From: an uncultured bacterium
GTDB taxonomy: Bacteria > Oederibacteriota > Oederibacteriia > Oederibacteriales > Oederibacteriaceae
Length of the DNA stretch: 64,000 bases
Direction: 5' to 3'
Assembly: GCA_965112635.1 (NCBI GenBank)
Contig: OZ218778.1
Location: 224,001-288,000, forward strand
Part shown: piece after piece, positions 10,049 through 21,910 of the stretch
Layout: each line of letters starts with the position of its first letter
Numbering within the stretch: position 1 is the stretch's first letter
Made by a program: the position numbers and the translations under genes
The notes under the pieces: model-generated
What the model saw: the letters and a program-made list of their open reading frames with translations, nothing else
Told to the model about the DNA's origin: nothing
The model's database searches: none

Positions 10049-10131
10049 GGGCACTTACCTTAGATACTTATGAAAAAGTGCCCGAGGTAAATGCTCAGCG
10101 CAGTTGGATAACCTTATATTTTTGCTATTGC

Positions 10132-13100
10132 TTAAGCTGCTGGAGCTCCACCAGCCGGCGGCTCGGCCTTGAACTTCTGTGCCGCCAGGTAGGTGTACTG
10201 TTTCCAGCGGGCCAGGGCGTCCGCCTGGGCGCCTTCCAGCATCTGCTTGGCTGCCTCGGGTTTGGTCTTGGTCAGCAGCTTGAACCTGTTCTCATTGTAC
10301 ATATATTGGTCAATGGGAAGTTTGGGTTCCGCCGAATCAATGGTCAGCGGATTGTCCCCGGTCAAGAGCTTGTCTGGATTGTAGCGGTACAGGATCCAGG
10401 AACCGGAATCCACCGCGGCTTTTTGCTGCTGCAGACCCTTGAGGGTATTGATCCCCTGTTCCCGGCAATGGGCATAGGCAATGATGAGCGATGGCCCGTC
10501 ATAGGCTTCAGCCTCCAAAAAGGCCTTTAAAACCTGCTCGTCCTTGGCACCCAGAGAAACCCGCGCCACATAGATGTTGCCGTAGGTCATGGCGATCATG
10601 CCCAGGTCCTTTTTGCCCATAACTTTGCCGCCCGCGGCGAACTTGGCCGTGGCGCCTTTGGGGGTGGATTTGGACATCTGCCCGCCGGTGTTGGAATACA
10701 TTTCCGTATCCAGGACCAGCACATTGACGTTCCTGCCGCTGGAAAGCACATGGTCCAGCCCGCCGAACCCGATATCATAGGCCCAGCCGTCTCCGCCCAC
10801 GATCCATACGCTCTTTTTGACCAGCATATCGGCGATGGACAGGAGCTCTTTGGCTTCAGGAGCGCTGTTGCCTTTTAGTTTTTCCTTGAGTTCCTTGACC
10901 CTTTCCCGCATGGCTTCGATATCCGCCTCATCCTTTTGCGGAGAGTTCAGGATGGCGTCAGCGAGGGGCTGGCCGATGGTCCCCGACAGTTTCTTGACCA
11001 GTTCAGCGGCGAACTCTTTTTGCTTGTCAATGGAAAGCCTGAACCCGAAACCGAACTCCGCGGCATCCTCAAACAGGGAGTTGGCCCAACTCGGACCCCG
11101 ACCCTTGGCGTTTTTGGCCCAGGGTGTGGTGGGCAAGTTGCCTCCATAGATGGAGGAACAGCCCGTGGCGTTGGCCACAATGGCCCTGTCCCCGAAAAGC
11201 TGGGACAGAAGTTTCAAATAAGGGGTCTCGCCGCATCCGGCGCAGGCGCTGGAAAATTCGAACAAAGGCACCTGAAACTGTTGCTGCCTGATCTGGTTGA
11301 TCTTGAGCTTCAGGCGGTCCACCGGTGGCAGGGACAGGAAAAAGAACCAGTTGTCCCTTTCGTTCATGCGCAAAGGCGCCTGGGGAGACATGTTGATGGC
11401 CTTTTTGGCCGGGTCGGTCTTGCTCTTGGCCGGGCAGACTTCCACGCACAAGCCGCAACCCGTGCAATCCTCGGGCGCGACCTGGAGCGTGTATTTCATG
11501 CCCTTGAAATCCTTGTCCTTAGCGTCCGTGGATTTGAAGGTCGCCGGAGCTTTGGAAAGCAATGAGGCGTCATACACGATGGGCCGGATGGCCGCGTGCG
11601 GGCAGATCAGGGAGCATTTGGCGCACTGGATGCAGAGCTCAGGCTCCCATACCGGGATATCCTGCGCAATGTTCCTTTTCTCGTACTGGGAAGTGCCCGT
11701 CGGAAATGTCCCGTCCACCGGGAAGGCGCTCACGGGCAGATCTTCGCCCTTACCGGCGTAGATGACGCCGAGCACTTCTTCCACGAACTTGGGCGGCTTG
11801 CCGCTAAATGGCGCCGGCATGCCGATCTGGCCTTCTTTGCCCTGTAATTTGACCTCGTGCAGGTTCTCCAAAGTCTGGTCCACGGCCTTGAGGTTCTTGT
11901 TGACCACTTCCTCGCCTTTGGACGCGTAGGATTTTTGGATGGCTTTCTTTATGGAAGCAATGGCCTGCTCCCGGGGTAGCACTCCGGAGATGGCAAAAAA
12001 GCAGACCTGCATGATGGTGTTGATGAAACTGCCCATGCCGGTCTCTTTGGCCACCTTGTAAGCGTCGATCACATAGAATTTAAGTTTCTTGCTGATGAGC
12101 TGGTGCTGGAACAGCTGGGGCAGTTTGTCCCAGATGGCTTCCGGCCCGTAGGGCGTATTGAGCAGGAAAGTCCCGCCTTCCACCAGGGGTTGCAGCATAT
12201 CGTACCTCTCTAAAAAGAACGGCTGGTGGCAGGCCACAAAATTGGCTTTGTTGACCAGGTAAATGGAACGGATAGGATTGGGCCCAAACCGCAAATGGGA
12301 CACGGTCATGGCTCCGGCTTTTTTGGAGTCATACACAAAATACGCCTGCGCGTAGTTGTCCGTGTTCTCGCCGATGATCTTGATGGAGTTGCGGTTGGCG
12401 CCGACCGTGCCGTCCGAACCCAGGCCGTAGAACATGGCCCGGATGACATTGGACGGTTCCGTGGAAAAATTGGGGTCGTAGTTGAGGCTGGTCATGGTCA
12501 CGTCGTCTTTGATGCCGATGGTGAAATGGTTCTTGGGCGTTTTTTCCGCCAGGTTGTCATAGATGGCCTTGACCATGGCCGGGGTGAACTCTTTGGAGGA
12601 CAGGCCGTAGCGTCCGCCCACGATATGGGGCGTTTTTAAGAGGCTTCCCCACCCTTTCTCCATAGCTTCGGTCACGGCGGCCACGCAGTCCAAATACATG
12701 GGCTCACCGGCGCTTCCCGGCTCTTTGGTGCGGTCCAGCACGGCGATGGTTTTGACCGTGGCCGGCAAAGCCTCAGCAAAGCGTTTTACGTCAAAAGGCC
12801 TGAACAATCTTACTTTGAGCACTCCGACCTTGGCGCCCTTGGCGTTCATAAAATCCACGGTCTCATGCACGGTCTCCGCGCCTGAGCACATGATGACAAT
12901 GACCCGCTCCGCGTCCGGGGCTCCGGCATACTCGTAAAGCTTGTATTGGCGTCCGGTCATCTCGCCGAACTTGTCCATGACCTTCTGGGTGATCTCCGGG
13001 CAGGCCTGGTAGTACTTGTTGACGGTTTCCCGCTCCTGGAAATAAACATCCGGGTTCTGGGCCGTGCCCCTGAGGACCGGACGGTCCGGGGTCATGGCTC

Positions 13101-13719
13101 TCTGGCGGTGCGACAAAACCAGGTCATCGCTGACCATGGCCTTGAGGTCGTCGTCATCCAGTATCTCTATTTTGGAATATTCATGGGAGGTCCTGAACCC
13201 GTCAAAAAAATGGACAAAAGGAATGCGGGATTCCAGGGAAGCTACCGTAGAAATGAGTGCGAAATCCTGGGCTTCCTGCACGGAATTGGAGGCCAGCATG
13301 CCAAACCCGGTCTGGCGGATGGACATCACATCGCTGTGGTCGCCGAAAATGGACAGGGCGTGGGTAGCCAAAGCACGCGCCGTCACATGGAACACGCACG
13401 GCATGAGTTCACCGGCCAGCTTGTACATGGTAGGAATCATTAAAAGCAGACCCTGCGAGGCCGTAAAAGTGGCGCACAAAGAACCGGTCTGTACGGCTCC
13501 ATGCAGTGACGCGACCGCGCCGCCTTCGCTCTGCAGTTCCACCACCGAAGGCACTGTTCCCCAGATATTGGTCTTGCCTTGTGAGGCCCAGGTGTCCTGC
13601 CATTCGGCCAGCGGTGTGGACGGCGTGATGGGGTAGATGGCCATCACCTCTCCGATCCGGTATGCCACCGAGGCTGCTGCCTCTGCTCCGTCAATCGTGA
13701 TCTGTTTACGCGTCTTCAT
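10132..13719 (-). CDS. nifJ: Pyruvate:ferredoxin (flavodoxin) oxidoreductase
   Basis: 1195 aa with YPITPS, two CxxCxxCxxxCP ferredoxin motifs, ACAGCGET, NATGCSSIYGG and TPP-binding GGDGWAYDIG. Confidence 0.97.
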   Translation of the reverse strand: MKTRKQITIDGAEAAASVAYRIGEVMAIYPITPSTPLAEWQDTWASQGKTNIWGTVPSVVELQSEGGAVASLHGAVQTGSLCATFTASQGLLLMIPTMYKLAGELMPCVFHVTARALATHALSIFGDHSDVMSIRQTGFGMLASNSVQEAQDFALISTVASLESRIPFVHFFDGFRTSHEYSKIEILDDDDLKAMVSDDLVLSHRQRAMTPDRPVLRGTAQNPDVYFQERETVNKYYQACPEITQKVMDKFGEMTGRQYKLYEYAGAPDAERVIVIMCSGAETVHETVDFMNAKGAKVGVLKVRLFRPFDVKRFAEALPATVKTIAVLDRTKEPGSAGEPMYLDCVAAVTEAMEKGWGSLLKTPHIVGGRYGLSSKEFTPAMVKAIYDNLAEKTPKNHFTIGIKDDVTMTSLNYDPNFSTEPSNVIRAMFYGLGSDGTVGANRNSIKIIGENTDNYAQAYFVYDSKKAGAMTVSHLRFGPNPIRSIYLVNKANFVACHQPFFLERYDMLQPLVEGGTFLLNTPYGPEAIWDKLPQLFQHQLISKKLKFYVIDAYKVAKETGMGSFINTIMQVCFFAISGVLPREQAIASIKKAIQKSYASKGEEVVNKNLKAVDQTLENLHEVKLQGKEGQIGMPAPFSGKPPKFVEEVLGVIYAGKGEDLPVSAFPVDGTFPTGTSQYEKRNIAQDIPVWEPELCIQCAKCSLICPHAAIRPIVYDASLLSKAPATFKSTDAKDKDFKGMKYTLQVAPEDCTGCGLCVEVCPAKSKTDPAKKAINMSPQAPLRMNERDNWFFFLSLPPVDRLKLKINQIRQQQFQVPLFEFSSACAGCGETPYLKLLSQLFGDRAIVANATGCSSIYGGNLPTTPWAKNAKGRGPSWANSLFEDAAEFGFGFRLSIDKQKEFAAELVKKLSGTIGQPLADAILNSPQKDEADIEAMRERVKELKEKLKGNSAPEAKELLSIADMLVKKSVWIVGGDGWAYDIGFGGLDHVLSSGRNVNVLVLDTEMYSNTGGQMSKSTPKGATAKFAAGGKVMGKKDLGMIAMTYGNIYVARVSLGAKDEQVLKAFLEAEAYDGPSLIIAYAHCREQGINTLKGLQQQKAAVDSGSWILYRYNPDKLLTGDNPLTIDSAEPKLPIDQYMYNENRFKLLTKTKPEAAKQMLEGAQADALARWKQYTYLAAQKFKAEPPAGGAPAA

Positions 13720-13823
13720 AAAAAGAAACCTCCCTTATAAGATTTAATTCCAATGGTTTGTATCCCGTGGAAAACCGCGGGACAAATGATTCCGGATTAG
13801 AAAAATCTAGTATATCACACCCT

Positions 13824-16163
13824 CTAGCGGCTGGCAGCTACCACCTGGCCGAGTGCGATACCGCCGTCGTTGCACGGGACCCGCTGATGCCAGTAAGGCT
13901 TAAAACCCTCCTCAGCCAGGCGTCTGACCGCCCTTTCGGTCAGATATTTATTTTGGAAACAACCGCCTGAGAGCACGACCCTTTTTTCTTTGCTAATCTT
14001 GGCCACTTTGACGAGGACCTCCACCAAAGCATTGTGGAATTTGGCTGAAATGACGCTGAGCGAAACTCTTTTATCCACATCGACCAGCAACCCTTTAAAA
14101 AGAGGTCCCCAATCTATGATCAGGGGCTGGCCTGTCTTGGCCGGTTTTATGAGGCCAAAACGATAGGCCAGATCCGTCTCCACGCCCTTGAGGCAGAATT
14201 CCAGCTCCATGGCGGTCTGTCCCTCGAAATTGGTCTTGTGCCGTAGTCCCGCCAGGCTGGCTGCCGCGTCAAAAAGCCGTCCAACGCTGGAGGTTACGGG
14301 GCTGTTTATTTTTTTATCCAGCATCACCTTGAGGAAATCCAGCTGGACCTCGGAAAAGGCCCCCAGCAGCGGCCTGGATTTGGCCAGGAACTGGTCCTTG
14401 CCCAGCAGCTCGAACAAAAGTCCCAGGGCCGCGCGGCCGGGTTCCTGGACCGCCTTGTCCCCGCCCGGCAGCGGAAAGGTCCTGAAGGTCGCCAGGCGCT
14501 TGATCCTTTTATCCCGGACAGCAAAAAATTCGCCGCCCCAAACGGTCTTGTCAGTGCCATAGCCTGTCCCGTCCCAGGCCACCCCCAACGCCGGGCCGCT
14601 CAGCTCGTTCTCGGCCATGCAGGAGAGCACGTGGCTCAGATGGTGCTGGACCTTGCGGACAGGCAGCCCGGATGCCTCGGCCCACTTGGTCGAGTGGTAG
14701 TCCGGGTGCAGGTCGCAGCGCGCGGTTTCCGGCTGGATGCCCAGCAGGTTTTCCAGATCAAGGATGGTCTTTTCAAAGGAACGGGTGGTCAGGGCGGCGT
14801 CCAGGTCCCCGATATGCTGGCTCAGGAACACTTCCCTGCCCCGGGATAGGGCCACGGTGTTCTTAAGATGCCCGCCCACGGCCAGGATCGAAGGAACGGG
14901 TTTAGAGACGCTCACCGGCAGAGGCGCGTATCCCCTGGACCGGCGCAGCATGGACGGCCTGCCGGCCATGACCCGCACCACGGAATCGTCCACGGGCCTG
15001 GCAATGGGCCGGTCGTGCACCAGGAATAGTTCGGCGATGTCTTTGAGCCGCTGCAAAGCCTCGAACTCGTCGATACAGATGGGCTCGCTGCTCAGGTTGC
15101 CGCTGGTCATGACCAGGGGCACCCGGACCTCGGCCAAAAGCAGGTGATGGAGAGGCGTGTAAGGCAGCATGAGGCCCAGGTAAGGATTATCAGGAGCGAC
15201 ATTGACGGCCAGGTCAGGCAGGCGCAGGGTCCTTTTGGTCCCCGCTTTGAGGGGTTTTCGCTCCAACAGCACGATGGGCGCCTCGGAAGACCTGAGCAGA
15301 CGCTCCTCCAGGGCCGAGACCAGACAGTAATTTTTGACCAGGTCCATATTGGCCACCATCAGGGCAAAAGGCTTTTCGTCCCGTTGTTTGCGGCGCCTAA
15401 GGCGGCGGATGGCTTCCTCGTTACGGGCGTCCACCATGAGCTGGAACCCTCCCAAACCTTTCAAAGCGACGATACCGCCGTTGCTCAGAGAGCGCGCCGC
15501 GGCCGGGATCACGTCTTCTTTGATAAAAAGGACATTGCCCTGCCGGTCCCAAAGCTCCAAATGCGGCCCGCAGGCCGGGCAGGCATTGGGCTGGGCATGG
15601 AACCTCCTGTTGGCCGGGTCCTCGTATTCCCTGCGGCAGTCGGGGCAAAGCTCGAAATGTTTCATGGTGGTGTTGCGGCGGTCGTAGGGCAAGGCCTCCA
15701 AAATGCTGTAGCGGGGCCCGCAATGGGTGCAGTTGGTAAAAGGATAAAGGTAGCGCCGGTTGGCCGGGGTAAATATTTCCTTGAAGCATTCCGGGCAGGT
15801 GGCGATATCCGGCAGGACCAGGGCGGTCTTGGCCGCGGTGTCCTGGCTTTCCCGTATCTCGAACTTTTTATACCCGGCCGGGTCCAGGTAGGCGGTCTCC
15901 ATGCTCTGGATAAAAGAGTGGCTGGGCTTTTCTTTTTCCAGCCTCGCCTGGAAAGATTTCAGGGTTTCTTCGCGGCCTTCGACCTCCACCAGGACGCCCA
16001 GGGTGGAATTGCTGACCCAGCCCATGAGCCCCAGTTCCTGGGCCAAACGGAACACAAAAGGCCGGAAACCCATCCCCTGGACCGCTCCGTGGATGATGAG
16101 ACGCAGCCGCAACACACCCTGCAGGAAAAGTTTTTTCGTGGAGTTGGTTGTTTCGGGGTTCAT
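13824..16163 (-). CDS. hypF: Carbamoyltransferase HypF
   Basis: Acylphosphatase GAVQGMGFRPF, zinc fingers (CPEC, CTHCGPRY, CPDC, CPACGP), KGLGG, QHHLSH and NDGGIALGQ. Confidence 0.97.
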   Translation of the reverse strand: MNPETTNSTKKLFLQGVLRLRLIIHGAVQGMGFRPFVFRLAQELGLMGWVSNSTLGVLVEVEGREETLKSFQARLEKEKPSHSFIQSMETAYLDPAGYKKFEIRESQDTAAKTALVLPDIATCPECFKEIFTPANRRYLYPFTNCTHCGPRYSILEALPYDRRNTTMKHFELCPDCRREYEDPANRRFHAQPNACPACGPHLELWDRQGNVLFIKEDVIPAAARSLSNGGIVALKGLGGFQLMVDARNEEAIRRLRRRKQRDEKPFALMVANMDLVKNYCLVSALEERLLRSSEAPIVLLERKPLKAGTKRTLRLPDLAVNVAPDNPYLGLMLPYTPLHHLLLAEVRVPLVMTSGNLSSEPICIDEFEALQRLKDIAELFLVHDRPIARPVDDSVVRVMAGRPSMLRRSRGYAPLPVSVSKPVPSILAVGGHLKNTVALSRGREVFLSQHIGDLDAALTTRSFEKTILDLENLLGIQPETARCDLHPDYHSTKWAEASGLPVRKVQHHLSHVLSCMAENELSGPALGVAWDGTGYGTDKTVWGGEFFAVRDKRIKRLATFRTFPLPGGDKAVQEPGRAALGLLFELLGKDQFLAKSRPLLGAFSEVQLDFLKVMLDKKINSPVTSSVGRLFDAAASLAGLRHKTNFEGQTAMELEFCLKGVETDLAYRFGLIKPAKTGQPLIIDWGPLFKGLLVDVDKRVSLSVISAKFHNALVEVLVKVAKISKEKRVVLSGGCFQNKYLTERAVRRLAEEGFKPYWHQRVPCNDGGIALGQVVAASR

Positions 16164-16309
16164 CTGTCGCTCCGCTAGACCGAGGCAAAAAGATAAGTTA
16201 TAAAATCAGCACCAGAATAATCCCAAGGGGGGCCAAAGAAAACAAAAATTTTTTCTTGCGGCGATTTTCCGAAAAATTTATTGTTGACAAACCAGGGAGA
16301 AGAGAACGC

Positions 16310-16786
16310 TTAAAGCTGGAGCAATGCCTGTATCTCTTTTTGCACTTCGCCGATGACCTTGGGCAGGACTTTGATGACCGGGCTGGAAAGCCGGCGGCCT
16401 TCCTCGAAATCCTGGCCTTCGACCCCGAACAGGACCAGGTGGGGCGGCAGCAGGTTGAGCTTGCGGGCCATTTCCACGGCCTCGGCCACGCTGAAATTAT
16501 GGGTGGAATACTGGAAAAAATTCTTGGGGATGGCCTCAACTGCGGAGTCCAGGCGGAAAAAAGTGCCCGGCTCTTCGCCGGAAAGGACCGCGTCCACGAG
16601 GATGACCCGGTCAAAACCTTTCCAGGCCTCCATCAGGGACGCGCCTTCCCCGCTCTGCTCGATGATCTCGACCCCGTCCAAATGGAGGGCTTTGAGTTTC
16701 CTGGCCACGGCCCCTCCCAGTCCGTCGTCGCACCGGAAGGAATTCCCGATCCCTATGACCAGGACCTGTTTGGATGTGTCAGTCAT
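16310..16786 (-). CDS. Hydrogenase maturation endopeptidase
   Basis: GIGNSFRCDDGLG, LVDAV and STH motifs; directly follows the large subunit. Confidence 0.92.
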   Translation of the reverse strand: MTDTSKQVLVIGIGNSFRCDDGLGGAVARKLKALHLDGVEIIEQSGEGASLMEAWKGFDRVILVDAVLSGEEPGTFFRLDSAVEAIPKNFFQYSTHNFSVAEAVEMARKLNLLPPHLVLFGVEGQDFEEGRRLSSPVIKVLPKVIGEVQKEIQALLQL

Positions 16787-16807
16787 TACCTTTGGCGCTC
16801 ACTGGCG

Positions 16808-18102
16808 TTATGAATCGATCCTTTCGATCTTGAGTCTGAGGAAATGGGTGGCGCAGGAAATGCACGGGTCGTAATTGCGCACGGCCTGTTCGCACTGCCA
16901 GGTCAGCTTGTCCTCCGGCAGGTCCAGGTGCTTTTCCACGTAGCGCTTGAGGTCCTGCTCCATGACGCGCTGGTTCTGCGCCGTCGGAGGCACGATCTTG
17001 GCGTTTTGGATCACGCCCTCGCTGTCCAGCTTGTAACTGTGGTACAGGATGCCGCGGGGCGCTTCCGTGCAGCCGCAGCCGAACGAGGCTTTGGGCTGGA
17101 CCTCCACATAGGCTTTTTCCGGCTGCTTGTAGCCTTTGATGAGCCTCAAGGCCTCTTCGCAGGCGTACAAAAGTTCCACGGCCCTCACGATGATGCTCTT
17201 GAATGGGTTGAAGCAGGTCTCTTTGAGGCCCGCGGCCTTGGCCGCTTTTTGCGCGGTCGGGGTCAGTTTATCGAAGTTCAGGTTGTAGCGGGCGAGCGGC
17301 CCACAAAATAGGGCCCTTTGCCCTTGTGGATGCCCCGGAGGGCGTTGGAATGCTCCGCGTGCTCTTCGTAAAAGTGCTGCTCGTATTCCCTGACCGAGAT
17401 ATCCAGCCCCTTGTTGGAGACCAGCCTGCCCTCGGTGATGGGGTATTCGCTGGGGTGACGCAGGGCCACGAACTCGTAATCCTGGTCAAAATCCGGGAAT
17501 TTCAGAGTAGAAGTGAGCTTGATGGTCTCTTTGGAAGCCTCCACGGCCCACTCCAGGTCCGGCACCATGGCCAGCAAAACCTCTTGGGCAGGCACGCTGT
17601 AAAACCCGCCGACCCGCGTGTTGATGGGGTGGATCTCCCGGCCGCCCAAAATCGTCATCAGTTCGTTGCCGATCTTTTTGAGTCTTAGGGCCTTTTTGAC
17701 CACGTCCGGCATGACGCCGGCCAGCTGGATAGCGTCCTCGTAACCCAGGAAATCCGGAGCGTGCAGCAGGTAGATGTGCAGGGCGTGGCTCTCGATCCAT
17801 TCCCCGCAGTAGATCAGACGCCGCAGGTCGCGGAGCGCTCCCTCGACCTTGACGCCAAAAGCGTCCTCCATGGCCTGGGAAGAACTCATGATATAGGCGA
17901 TGGGACAGATACCGCATATCCTGGCCGTGATATCGGGCGCTTCGTAATATTTACGGCCCCTCAAAAATGCCTCGAAGAACCTGGGCGGCTCAAAGATGCC
18001 GAACTTGGCCTCGGTCACTTTGTTGTTCTCTATTTTGACGAGGAGGTTGCCCTCGCCTTCCACCCTGGCCAGATAATCGACTTTGACGGTTTTATTTTTC
18101 AT
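16808..18102 (-). pseudogene. [NiFe] hydrogenase large (alpha) subunit, group 3b; single frameshift near 17300 (probably a sequencing error)
   Basis: N-half has RVEGEG and L1 RICGIC; C-half has EAPRG and L2 DPCISCATH. Adding one base in GTGGGCCG restores ...[18 protein letters not shown]... and joins ORFs 17278-18102 and 16808-17188. Confidence 0.9.
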
Positions 18103-18874
18103 GGGATTCACTCTCCTTCCGGAACGCGTCCGCGTAGGCATTGAACCCGCGGAACATCCTCACCTGGTCGTCCTCTTTGACGCCCAGTTTGGCGAACTGC
18201 TGGCTCAAGGCGCCTGTATTGGGCGTTTCCTTGGGTCCAAAGCAGGCATAGCACCCGCGCAGGTAGGACGGGCAGAGGGCGTTGCAACCCGTCTGGGTCA
18301 CGGGACCCAGGCAGGGAGTGCCGTTGGCCACCATCACGCAGACCGAATTCCTCAGTTTGCACTCAATGCAGACCGCGTGGGCCGGGATGTTGGGCTTGCG
18401 GCCGTTCAAGAACGCGTTGGCGACCTCCAAAAGCTGGTACTTGCTGATGGGGCAGCCCCTGAGCTCAAAATCCACCGCCACATGGTCGCTGATGGCCGTT
18501 GATTTTTTGAGCGTGTGGATATATTGCGGGTTGGCGTAAACGATGTTGATGAAATCCTTGACGTCCTTGAAATTCTTGAGGGCCTGGATACCGCCCGCCG
18601 TGGCACAAGCGCCGATGGTGACCAGTACCTTGGACTGGCGCCGGATCTCGTGGATGCGTTCCGCGTCATGCGGGGTGGTGATGGAGCCCTCGACCAGGGA
18701 AAGCTCGTAAGGGCCCTTGACCACGGCCCGGGACGCCTCGGGAAAATTGGCGATATCGATGGCTCCCGCCACCGCCAAAAGCTCGTCCTCGCAGTCCAAA
18801 AGGCTCAGCTGGCATCCGTCGCAGGAGGAAAATTTCCAGACCGCTAATTTGGGTTTGCTGGGTTTTGTCGACAT
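18092..18874 (-). CDS. [NiFe] hydrogenase small (delta) subunit, group 3b
   Basis: [32 protein letters not shown] and CYACFGP motifs. Confidence 0.93.
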   Translation of the reverse strand: MSTKPSKPKLAVWKFSSCDGCQLSLLDCEDELLAVAGAIDIANFPEASRAVVKGPYELSLVEGSITTPHDAERIHEIRRQSKVLVTIGACATAGGIQALKNFKDVKDFINIVYANPQYIHTLKKSTAISDHVAVDFELRGCPISKYQLLEVANAFLNGRKPNIPAHAVCIECKLRNSVCVMVANGTPCLGPVTQTGCNALCPSYLRGCYACFGPKETPNTGALSQQFAKLGVKEDDQVRMFRGFNAYADAFRKESESHEK

Positions 18875-18875
18875 A

Positions 18876-19715
18876 TTAGACCTCCCTCTTGCTGAAAATG
18901 AATTCGGCCTGGTCGGCCCGGAACACCGGACCGTCCTTGCAGATAAACATGGGCCCGAATTGGCAGTGCCCGCACAGCCCGATGCCGCAATGCATGTTGC
19001 GCTCCATGGAGTAGTAGACGTTGCTCTTGGGGATGCCGGCCTCCTGGAGGGCCATCAGGGAGAACCGCATCATGATCTCCGGCCCGACCAGCATGGCGAT
19101 GGTCTTTTTGGGCTCAAAGGAGACCTTGGGGACCAGGGTGGTCACCACGCCGACATTGCCTTTCCAGGTTTCGTTGCCGCGGTCCACGGTCACCTGGACG
19201 TCCATCTGTCCGGATTTGGCCCACTTCTCCAGCTCTTTGGGATACATGATGTCCTGGGGCGTCCTCGCTCCGTAGAGCAGGATGAACTTCCTGTATTTCT
19301 TGCGGTTGGCCAGGATGTGGTACAGGGCCGGCCGCAGGGGCGGCAGGCCGATGCCTCCGGCCAGGACGAGCACGTCCTTGCCTTCGGCTTCTTCCACGGG
19401 CCAGGCGCTCCCAAAAGGCCCGCGCACGCCCAGCTGGGCGCCTATCTTGGAATTGATGATGGCTTTGCTCACGACCCCCACCCCGCGGACCGTGTGGATC
19501 AGGTTGCCGCTGGAGGACGGGTCGCCGCAGATGGAAATGGGCACCTCGCCTTTGCCGAACACGTAGATCATATTGAACTGGCCCGGTTTGAACTTCATGG
19601 GCTTGGCCCCTTTGGCGGGCTTAAGCTCCAGGGTGGAAGTGTCCACGGTGTCCTGCTGGACCTTGACCACCTCATAAGGAACCGGCACCATCGCGTCTTT
19701 ATTGAGTTCTTTCAT
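18876..19715 (-). CDS. Group 3b hydrogenase gamma subunit (FAD/NAD(P)-binding, 2Fe-2S)
   Basis: PGQFNM, RGPFG, AGGIGL and [14 protein letters not shown]...CKDGPVF motifs. Confidence 0.93.
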   Translation of the reverse strand: MKELNKDAMVPVPYEVVKVQQDTVDTSTLELKPAKGAKPMKFKPGQFNMIYVFGKGEVPISICGDPSSSGNLIHTVRGVGVVSKAIINSKIGAQLGVRGPFGSAWPVEEAEGKDVLVLAGGIGLPPLRPALYHILANRKKYRKFILLYGARTPQDIMYPKELEKWAKSGQMDVQVTVDRGNETWKGNVGVVTTLVPKVSFEPKKTIAMLVGPEIMMRFSLMALQEAGIPKSNVYYSMERNMHCGIGLCGHCQFGPMFICKDGPVFRADQAEFIFSKREV

Positions 19716-19725
19716 GATGTCCCCC

Positions 19726-20193
19726 TTATGGTTTAACGTTGTAAATGTTGAGTAACTGGAACCGGGCAGCTTCTAAGCGCTGGCTCATGATGACGCTGAA
19801 CCGGCGCAGCAGCTCATAACCGAGCTCATGGTTGGCCTCGCATTTGCCTCTCAGGCACTTGCCGTCCAGGGCGATGACCTGGGACATTTCTACGGCCTTG
19901 GCGTCAAAGCGGTTCTGGTAGGGCGGTATCAGCCACGACCAGCCCAGGATATCTCCTTCGCCCAGGGTCTGCACCGTGATAGGCCCGGCCTCGGGCGAAT
20001 AAACCTGGACCGCTACCTTGCCGCTGCGGATGATATAGAACTCATTGGCGTCCGCGCCCTGACGGAACAGGAACTGGCCCGGGTCATAACGCCGGTTGCT
20101 GGCGCAGCCCACGACGGTCTTGAGATGAGCGTTTTGCAGGCCTTTCAAGAACGGGTGCTTGGAAAGAATAGGTTCTAAGGTCTCTTTTTGCAT
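19726..20193 (-). CDS. Stand-alone cyclic nucleotide-binding domain protein
   Basis: [19 protein letters not shown]...[11 protein letters not shown]. At 155 aa it has no C-terminal HTH. Confidence 0.88.
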   Translation of the reverse strand: MQKETLEPILSKHPFLKGLQNAHLKTVVGCASNRRYDPGQFLFRQGADANEFYIIRSGKVAVQVYSPEAGPITVQTLGEGDILGWSWLIPPYQNRFDAKAVEMSQVIALDGKCLRGKCEANHELGYELLRRFSVIMSQRLEAARFQLLNIYNVKP

Positions 20194-20203
20194 GGTTCCT
20201 CCT

Positions 20204-21355
<1,152 letters not shown>

Positions 21356-21604
21356 ACTGCTCTCCTTTCGAGAAATTTAAAAAATGATAGCGTTATAGAT
21401 GTTCTATTATTATAGGCCTTTGCTCTTTCGTCTAATTTTTGTTGGAAAATGGAAGGTTATTTTTTTTGATGTGAGATTATACATTAAAAAATAATAAATT
21501 GTAAACATCCCCGGCATATATATATAAAGAAGAACAATAGGCCAATTTACATAGGTTTACTGGGTCAAATACCAGCGGAAAAATTATGGGTTGAAGGACC
21601 TGAA

Positions 21605-21849
21605 CATGCTCAAGCATGCGTGCTTAAACACGTGGTCGTTCAACGGACACACTCTTTTTACTCTTTATAGCCCTCGTATGAGGGGTCCCCGAACAGGCTC
21701 ACGTCATCACTGACGCATGCTTGAGCATGCGCCTGCGCACCTCGTGCTAAAGCACGTGCACCTTGAGGGCATGAGGGCGTGGGGATACCTTAAATCCTTA
21801 TGGGGTTGTGCCCCGGATGTCTGCCCTACAAAGCTTTAGCGAAGTAGGG
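21605..21849. repeat. Cluster of short REP-like palindromes
   Basis: CATGCTCAAGCATGCGT (21605-21621) and its exact reverse complement (21713-21729); CTCGTGCTAAAGCACG (21741-21756); CCCTAC-AAAGCTTTAGCGAA-GTAGGG (21824-21849). Confidence 0.65.
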
Positions 21850-21910
21850 ATGCTGGGAGGGGGTGTATTTGATCTAGTAAATACTGTTGGATTCTACCGG
21901 TTGGATTGCT

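Noticed and set aside
10048-10090. Possible pseudoknot (CGGGCACT/AGTGCCCG with TACCT/AGGTA)
   Set aside because: Zero-length connecting loops make it sterically implausible; simple hairpins explain it.
21465-21490. CRP/FNR/Rex site upstream of the hydrogenase operon
   Set aside because: Only half-sites (TTGAT, TGTGA) are present, without correctly spaced partners.
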